The notes beneath the pieces were generated by a model. The model ran no database searches. It saw nothing but the letters and a program-made list of their open reading frames with translations, and was not told where the DNA came from. From the NCBI RefSeq assembly GCF_009914755.1, contig NC_060931.1: a stretch of 64,000 nucleotides of DNA; one strand, written 5' to 3'. Within the stretch, counting starts at the first letter, position 1. Each line of letters begins with the position of its first letter. A program made the translations under genes and the position numbers. Positions 56,360 to 64,000 of the stretch are shown here, piece by piece. The stretch is from the human T2T-CHM13v2.0 reference genome, Homo sapiens.

Positions 56360-57610
56360 TTATCCTGTTCTTTTTATTCTTTATATTAGTGGATGGCTCC
56401 TTCCCTTACCCAGCTGTGAATAAGATCAACTTAAGTTGCTTTCAATTTAGTGGGGATACAAACAAGCAAGTAGGAAATTGTGATACACTGTTATAATCAG
56501 GGAAGGGCAAGAAGCCTGTGGAAAAATCAGACTGAGAAAATTGAAAAAAAAAAAAAAACAGGAAACATCAGAAAAAATAGTTGTTAATGAAACCAAATCA
56601 GAGGGAATTCTAAGCAGAATTAACATAGTATGAAAAGACTTAGAGAGGAGTGAGATTCACTGGAGGAGCAAAAACAAGTTTCATATGGCTGTAGTTTCCA
56701 GCACAAGTTAGGGACTGGCAAGAATGAAGCTGAGATGAACAGTGGGGTGAACAAGGAAGGATTCTGTAAATCAGGCTAAGAATCACTGAACTTGTTGAGG
56801 ATGAGGTGTAAACATTGGGGGTTTTAGGAAGGAGGATGACACAACCAGATAATATTTAAAAGATCATTCTGGCTATTGTGTAACACATTTACTGAAGGAT
56901 GTTATAACAAGTTCCATAAAATATATTAGTGATCAGAACAAAGGCAGTAGAAGTTCACAGTGAAAGTGGACAGTAATCAAGAAACATTGAGGGAGTTGAA
57001 TTGACAGGACTTGTTGATCGATTTGTAGGATATAAGAGGATTTTTATTTAGATAGATTAGATATTTAGATAGATTAGATAGTTGGGTAACATGACATAGG
57101 CAACACAGAAGTAGACATGGTTTTGGCTGGGTGAAGTGATGTGTTCAGCCTTAGAAGTACTGCTAGGTGCATATAGAATGTAGAAGTATAACTCAAGAGA
57201 GAAAGAGACAACTGGATAAAGACATAACTGAAGCCATGGACATGAATGAAATCATGCAGGGGAAGAATATAGCATAAAAAAATAAATAAATAAATAATAA
57301 AACAGTCTAAACAAAGTCCCAAGGAGCGTTAACTTTAAAGATGGGGCTGGAAGAAGCAGCATTTCCAAAGGACTTAGAAAGAATGCCAGGAAGAGGAAGA
57401 GGAGAACAGTCACAAAAGGTAAGAGAAGAGTGTGCTTTAGGGAGAAGCATTGGTGATGAGCAGCCCCCATCCTTGTGAGAGACTGTGGAGGGAAGCAATT
57501 GCAGTAGAGTCATGGTCAAGGAAACCAGATTGCTAAAGAGTGAGTGAAGTGTTAAGTATTTAAAACATATATGAAACTCTTTCAAGAAGTATGGCCACAA
57601 AAGGGAAGTC
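56360..57610 (-). mobile_element. L2 (decayed)
   Basis: Purine-rich L2-type motifs such as aaaagatcattctggct; boundaries approximate. Confidence 0.5.
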
Positions 57611-58254
57611 ATCAACTAATTTTCATCATATATGTAAATTAAAACACTAAAAGAAGGTATCCAGGATATTGTGACATGGAGAAAGTCTCCTAACTGTTCC
57701 TCTTTAAGGGCAACCTAAGTGAGCACACTTTATCTTATCTGCAAGCAGACTATCTTGATGAGCGTTAGAAAGCCTAAAAACCCAACTTAGCACAACCATA
57801 CAAGAGTATGCTCCCACACTGTGTCCGTCTCACCCTTACCCAAGTGAAGCTGCAGTTTCTAATACCTTTGTTTTTCCTCTCCACTCATAATCAACGTAAA
57901 ATTGGATCCTCCATTGTGACTGAGGTGAGGTAGTATGTAAACAGAGATCATTCAACCTAGGGGTTGGTAAGAGTCCCTCCTTTTCTTTCTTGTGGCACCA
58001 GATAGGAGGAATTTGGACTTGAACTTCTAGAGATCTCAGGACAATCACCAGAAATAGACTTAACGTGGCCAGTGCTTCATGGCATTTTAGTACTTTGAAA
58101 GCTGCAGTCAAGAAGGGCGGTGATCTCTTGATGAATTTCAAGGTTCATTTTCTGATCAGGTTGAGTAGTATCTTTTATGGACACAACTATATCTATTCCA
58201 GGAGCTTCCTCAATTGAGTTTCCTTCCTATATTTTCTTCTGGATGTTATGAAGG

Positions 58255-58624
58255 TGATATGATTAGGTTTTTGTCCCCATCCAAATCTTGTCTTGAATTG
58301 TCTCCATAATCCCCATGCATCATAGGAGAGAACTGGTGGGAGATGATTGGATCGTGGAGGCAGTGTCCCCATGCTGTTCTCATGATACTGAGTTCTCACA
58401 AGATCTGATGGTTTTATAAGGGTCTGACAGTTCCTTCTATACACACGATCTCTCCTGCCACCATGTGAAGAATGTCCTTGCTTCCTCTTCACCTTCCTCC
58501 ATGATTGCAAGTTTCCTGAGGCCTCCCCAGCCATGTGGAACTGTGAGTCAATTAAACTGCTTTCCTTTATAAATTACCCAGTCTCGGGTGTTTCTTTATT
58601 GCAGTTTAAGAACGGACTAAAACA
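58255..58624. mobile_element. THE1 (MaLR) solo LTR
   Basis: TGATATG...GACTAAAACA termini, 370 bp, 5-bp TSD GAAGG at 58250-54 and 58625-29. Confidence 0.92.
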
Positions 58625-59109
58625 GAAGGCAAAGCTACTTTGGAATCATAATGTATTCTGATACTATAATCACTCAGGATAACCTATCACTGAGACAAAC
58701 GTGTGCAGTGACCCTGTCTTTTCTGGGATGAGTCCACCTTAATCATTTTGATTGAAATGACTACCTACAGTGGCATTTTACCAGGTGGGAAAAAAAAAAA
58801 CTATTCAAGATTGTTAATCTCCTTACAGATAACAGAAGTTTGATATCTCAAGGACATAGAAAATGAGCCTAATTTGAGGTTCAGTCACAATATCTCAATT
58901 TATTTAAAAACCAGTCAAGTTTCAGTTCTTTTTTGATGAACACTCTGTGTGATCTGATATACTGCTATGCTTGTGTAAATGTCCCTTCTCAACTTAAAAG
59001 CTTTTCTGGCCTGGCATAGGTCACCAAAATAGATGGATTTACCAGAATTAGCATCTTTTTCATATCTTTGACCAACATCAGAATATTTCTATTGAGAACA
59101 TACAATCAG

Positions 59110-59128
59110 TATTGAATCTTTATCTTAT

Positions 59129-59175
<47 letters not shown>

Positions 59176-60400
59176 AACTCGAAATGGATTGAAGACTTAA
59201 ACATCAGACCTGAAACCATAAAAATCCTAGAAGAAAACATAGGCTAAAAGCTTCTTGATCTTGGTCTGGGCAATGATATTTGGGATATCCTACCAAAAGC
59301 TCAGGGTACAAAAGTAACAATAAAGTGGGACTCCACCAAACTAAAAAGCTTCTACACAAAAAAGGAAACAAGTACCAAAATGGAAAGACAGTCAAGAGAT
59401 TGAAAGAAAATATTGCAAGCCATGTATCTGATAAGGATTTAACATCCCCAACATATAAAGAGCCTACACAATTCAGTAGCCAAAAAAAAGAACAAAAGAA
59501 AAAAGAAAAGCAATCTAATTAAAAAGTAAAAAATGGACAAAGGATCTGAGTAGACATTTTTTCAAAGGAGACAAAAATGGCCAACAAGTATATGTAAAGG
59601 TTCTCAACATCACTAATCATCAGGGACATGCACAGCAAAACTACAGTGAGCTATCACCTCACACCTGTTAAGATGGCTGTTAACGAAAAGATAAGAGATA
59701 ACAAGTGCTGGCGAGAATGTGGAGAAAAGGGAACTTTTGCATGCTCTTAGGGGAATACAATTATGGGAAAAAGCATGTAGATTCATCAAAAATAAAAAAT
59801 TAACAATTAATAGAACTACCATATGATCCAGCAAGTCCCCATCTGGGTATATACCAGAGGAAATGAACTCAGTACCTCAGAGTGATATTCTGCGCTCCCG
59901 TGTTCATTGTAGTATTATTCATGTTAGGCAAAACAAGAAAACAACCTAAGTTTTGTAGACAGGTGAACGGATAACAAAATTACAGTATGTAATGAATATA
60001 AATAAAACTTATATAAGTTTAAGGTTACATAATACCTCATTTTGTGTGTGTGTGTGTGTGTGTATATATAAACTTGTGTGTGTGTATATATATATAACTT
60101 GTATATAACATATGTAACTTATATAACATACACACACACACACACAAAATGAGGTATTATGCAGCCTTAAGAAAGGAAATTCTGCCACTTACAACAACAT
60201 GGATGAACCTGGAGGACATTATGCAAAATTAATAAACCAGACACATGGAAATTTTCTAAGAGAACATTTCAGGTGCTCTCATGACAATAATAAAGTAAGT
60301 GAGGAAATGAATATGTTAATTTGCTTATTTTATTCCATATATGTATTAAAACATCATGTTGTACATGTTAAATATACGGTTTCTACAAAAAATAAAAAAT
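59110..60400 (+). mobile_element. L1MA 3' part of ORF2/3'UTR, containing an (AC)n tract at 59132-59173
   Basis: caactcgaaatggattgaagacttaaac...acatggatgaacctggaggacattatg. Confidence 0.85.
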
Positions 60401-61478
60401 ATGTGTTAAGCAAAGTGAATTATTTCAGAACCTCAATTGGCTTACATCATAATCGAATTGCACTTCATTGAGGATAAACTCCTGGAGGGAAGAGTTCTTT
60501 CCACATGGTTATCTCCCGTTTATTGTCTGGCATGTTTGCTTGTACACAGTAATTTCTCAATAAAGTTTTATGGATTTTAAATTGCTCCATAAGAACAAAT
60601 GCCTAGAAAATATTGGAGAATTAGAACAAGAGAATTTTCTAGCTGTGTGCCAAAGAAGATAATATTGTCTTCTTAATATCTTAATATTATCTTATTAATA
60701 TGGGAGGTACTGCAAGAGTACAACTTTAATAATTGTACCATATAATTCTGATAATTTCTAGTCAGAGCTGTACTTTTTATGTTAATAGCAAGCATTTTCA
60801 AATGCTGAAAGTATAATAAATGCTGCAGTCTTGTCTGTTGTAAATGCATGTTTGTTATTACCAAGCAGCTCTAGTTTACAAATGAATTCTTACAGTGATC
60901 TAACTTCTTATATGCACAATTAACTCTGATTGGCTCCTCAAAATCCCTGGGGCACCCGTTGGCTCTCTGCTCACACTTGGTCCCCCTGTGGTGTAGTCAT
61001 CACATCACACACTTCATTGTTAGGCAAACCCACATGAACCCTTTCTTCCCCTGAATCACATGCAATACTGCCAACCTCTGTGTCATCTTCTTGAGTCGCT
61101 ACTCCCTAGTGGTCTTGCATCTGGAAGAGGAACTAGGAGAATCAGCAGTCAGGCCCAGAATTCCTGGATATCTCTTGTTGCCAACTGGGATTCACATTTG
61201 GGTTGGACTAATCATGTTTTTGCCATCCCTGAACTAAGTGCAGTGGACCTAACTGTATCCTGCCAACTAAATCTTAAATCCCCAAGCCTCCTGCCGTACA
61301 CAGCCAAAATTTACAATTCCTAATTTTTATTCCTTATTCCATTGTACTAGGTCACTCCCATTTTCTTTATTTTAACCATTATTCAATAGGGGTAATAATA
61401 CTAAATGTATCTCAAAGAGCTTTATCTTGTCAGAGGATTGAAAAGTGAGGTAAAAGAATTTTAAGGCAATAAAGAAGC

Positions 61479-62347
61479 TTTATTTTTTATTTTTATTATT
61501 ATACTTTAAGTTCTAGGGTTACAGGTGCACAACATGCAGGTTTGTTACATATGTATATATGTGCCATGTTGGTGCGCTGCACCCATTAACTCGTCATTTA
61601 CATTAGGTATACCTCCTAATGCTATCCCTCTCCCCTCCCCCCACCCCACAACAGGCCCCGGTGTGTGATGTTCCCCACCCTGTGTCCAAGTGTTCTCATT
61701 GTTCAATTCCCACCTATGAGTGAGAACATGCGGAGTTTGGTTTTCTGTCCTTGCAATAGTTTACTGAGAATGACGGTTTCCAGCTTCATTCATGTCTCTA
61801 CAACAGACATGAACTCATCCTTTTTTAATGGCTGCATAGTATTCCATGGTGTATATGTGCCACATTTTCTTAATCCAGTCTATCATTGTTGGACATTTGG
61901 GTTGGTTCCAGGTCTTTGCTATTTTGAATAGTGCCACAATAAACATATGTGTGCATGTGTCTTTATAGCAGCATGATTTATAATCCTTTGGGTATATACC
62001 CAGTAATGGGATGGCTGGGTCAAATGGTATTTCTAGTTCTAGATCCTTGAAGAATCGCCACTGTCTTCCACAATGGTTGAACTAGTTTACAGTCCCACCA
62101 ACAGTGTAAAAGTGTTCCTATTTCTCCACATCCTCTCCAGCATCTGTTGTTTCCTGACTTTTACTGATCGTCATTCTAACTGGTGTGAGATGGTATCTCA
62201 TTGTGGTTTTGATTTGCATTTCTCTGACAGCCAGTGATGATGACCATTTTTTCATGTGTCTGTTGGCTGCATAAATGTCTTCTTTTGAGAAGTGTCTGTT
62301 CATATCCTTTGCCCACTTTTTGATGGGGTTGTTTGATTTTTTTCTTC
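61479..62347 (-). mobile_element. 5'-truncated L1PA (PA4-5-like) 3' end
   Basis: T-rich tail, then the reverse complement of the 3'UTR and ORF2 C-terminus ([19 protein letters not shown]). Confidence 0.93.
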
Positions 62348-62410
62348 CTTTCTAACTTTGCAAGGCCAATTTTACTTTGGATGTGACTGAATTTTAAATT
62401 GTCAAAAGCA

Positions 62411-64000
62411 GGGGGAGGAGCCAAGATGGCCAAATAGGAACAGCTCCAGTCTACAGCTCCCAGCGTGAGCGACGCAGAAGACGGGTGATTTCTGCATTTC
62501 CATCTGAGGTACTGGGTTCATCTCACTAGGGAGTGCCAGACAGTGGGCGCAGGTCAGTGGGTGCACGCACCGTGTGCGAGCCGAAGCAGGGTGAGGCATT
62601 GCCTCACTCGGGAAGCACAAGGGGTCAGGGAGTTCCCTTTCCTGGTCAAAGAAAGGGGTGACAGACGGCACCTGGAAAATCGGGTCACTCCCACCCGAAT
62701 ACTGCGCTTTTCCGACGGGCTTAAAAAACAGCGCACCATGTGATTATATCCCGCACCTGGCTCGGAGGGTCCTACGCCCACGGAGTCTCGCTGATTGCTA
62801 GCACAGCAGTCTGAGATCAAACTGCAAGGCGGCAGCCAGGCTGGGGGAGGGGCGACCGCCATTGCCCAGGCTTGCTTAGGTAAACAAAGCAGCCGGGAAG
62901 CTGGAACTGGGGGGAGCCCACCACAGCTCAAGGAGGCCTGCCTGCCTCTGTAGGCTCCACCTCTGGGGGCAGGGCACAGATAAACAAAAAGACAGCAGTA
63001 ACCTCTGCAGACTTAAATGTCCCTGTCTGACAGCTTTGAAGAGAGCAGTGGTTCTCCCAGTACGCAGCTGGAGATCTGAGAACGGGCAGACTGCCTCCTC
63101 AAGTGGGTCCCTGACCCCTGACCCCCGAGCAGCCTAACTGGGAGGCACCCCCCAGCAGGGGCACACTGACACCTCACACGGCAGGGTACTCCAACAGACC
63201 TGCAGCTGAGGGTCCTGTCTGTTAGAAGGAAAACTAACAAACAGAAAGGACATCCACACCAAAAACCCATCTGTACATCACCATCATCAAAGACCAAAAG
63301 TAGATAAAACCACAAAGATGGGGAAAAAACAGAACAGAAAAACTGGAAACTCTAAAAAGCAGAGCACCTCTCCTCCTCCAAAGGAACGCAGTTCCTCACC
63401 AGCAACGGAACAAAGCTAGACGGAGAATGACTTTGACGAGCTGAAAGAAGAAGGCTTCAGATGATCAAATTACTCTGAGCTACAGGAGGACATTCAAACC
63501 AAAGGCAAAGAAGTTGAAAACTTCGAAAAAAACTTAGAAGAATGTATAACTAGAATAACCAATACAGAGAAGTGCTTAAAGGAGCTGATGGAGCTGAAAA
63601 CCAAGGCTCGAGAACTATGTGAAGAATGCAGAAGCCTCAGGAGCCAATGCGATCAACTGGAAGAAAGGGTATCAGCAATGGAAGATGAAATGAATGAAAG
63701 GAAGCGAGAAGGGAAGTTTAGAGAAAAAAGAATAAAAAGAAATGAGCAAAGCCTCCAAGAAATATGGGACTATGTGAAAAGACCAAATCTATGTCTGATC
63801 GGTGTACCTGAAAGTGACGGGGAGAATGGAACCAAGTTGGAAAACACTCTGCAGGATATTATCCAGGAGAACTTCCCCAATCTAGCAAGGCAGGCCAACG
63901 TTCAGATTCAGGAAATACAGAGAACGCCACAAAGATACTCCTCGAGAAGAGCAACTCCAAGACACATAATTGTCAGATTCACCGAAGTTGAAATGAAGGA
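62411..64000 (+). mobile_element. Young L1 (L1PA2/3-like): 5'UTR and start of ORF1, runs off the window
   Basis: GGGGGAGGAGCCAAGATGGCC start; 907-nt CpG-rich 5'UTR; ORF1 ATG 63318 with premature TAG 63417-63419 and TGA 63462-63464. Confidence 0.95.
62554..62862 (-). CDS. L1 ORF0 homolog (antisense, 102 aa), expression unknown
   Basis: ATG at 62862; MAVAPPPAWLPPCSLISDCCASNQRDSVGVGPSEPGAGYN... matches the recalled primate L1 ORF0. Confidence 0.6.
   Translation of the reverse strand: MAVAPPPAWLPPCSLISDCCASNQRDSVGVGPSEPGAGYNHMVRCFLSPSEKRSIRVGVTRFSRCRLSPLSLTRKGNSLTPCASRVRQCLTLLRLAHGACTH

Noticed and set aside
63318-64000. Intact ORF1 of the young L1
   Set aside because: In-frame TAG at 63417 and TGA at 63462.
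61479-64000. Minus-strand L1 3' end plus plus-strand L1 5' end as one inverted element
   Set aside because: They are separated by ~63 bp of non-L1 sequence, the geometry does not fit twin priming, and no shared TSD was found (none was found for the minus-strand piece either).

Overview
Human (primate) genomic DNA. Positions 1-28.6 kb hold the 3' part of CD36 on the + strand: the window opens in intron 3, then coding exons 4-14 (1299 nt including the stop, all GT-AG, frame intact) and alternative 3' ends (exon-14 extension, or exon 15 with proximal and distal poly(A) signals). Positions 28.6-64 kb are gene-free and packed with repeats: a ~1 kb purine-pyrimidine microsatellite inside a MER58, a twin-primed 5'-inverted L1PA, a decayed full-length L1PA7/8-like element nested in an old L1M, many Alus, MLT1/THE1 LTRs, L2/MIR, and the 5' end of a young L1PA2/3-like element with an open antisense ORF0. 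The most unusual structure is in CD36 intron 5. It is an antisense composite retro-insertion in which an L1 3' end plus A13 is fused to a TFDP1 (DP-1) C-terminus/3'UTR copy with its own poly(A) remnant. A single 14-bp target-site duplication (TSD) encloses both parts, and a strong-Kozak ATG opens a chimeric 109-codon ORF. Gene and repeat-family names come from recalled sequences, not database searches, so subfamily calls are approximate.
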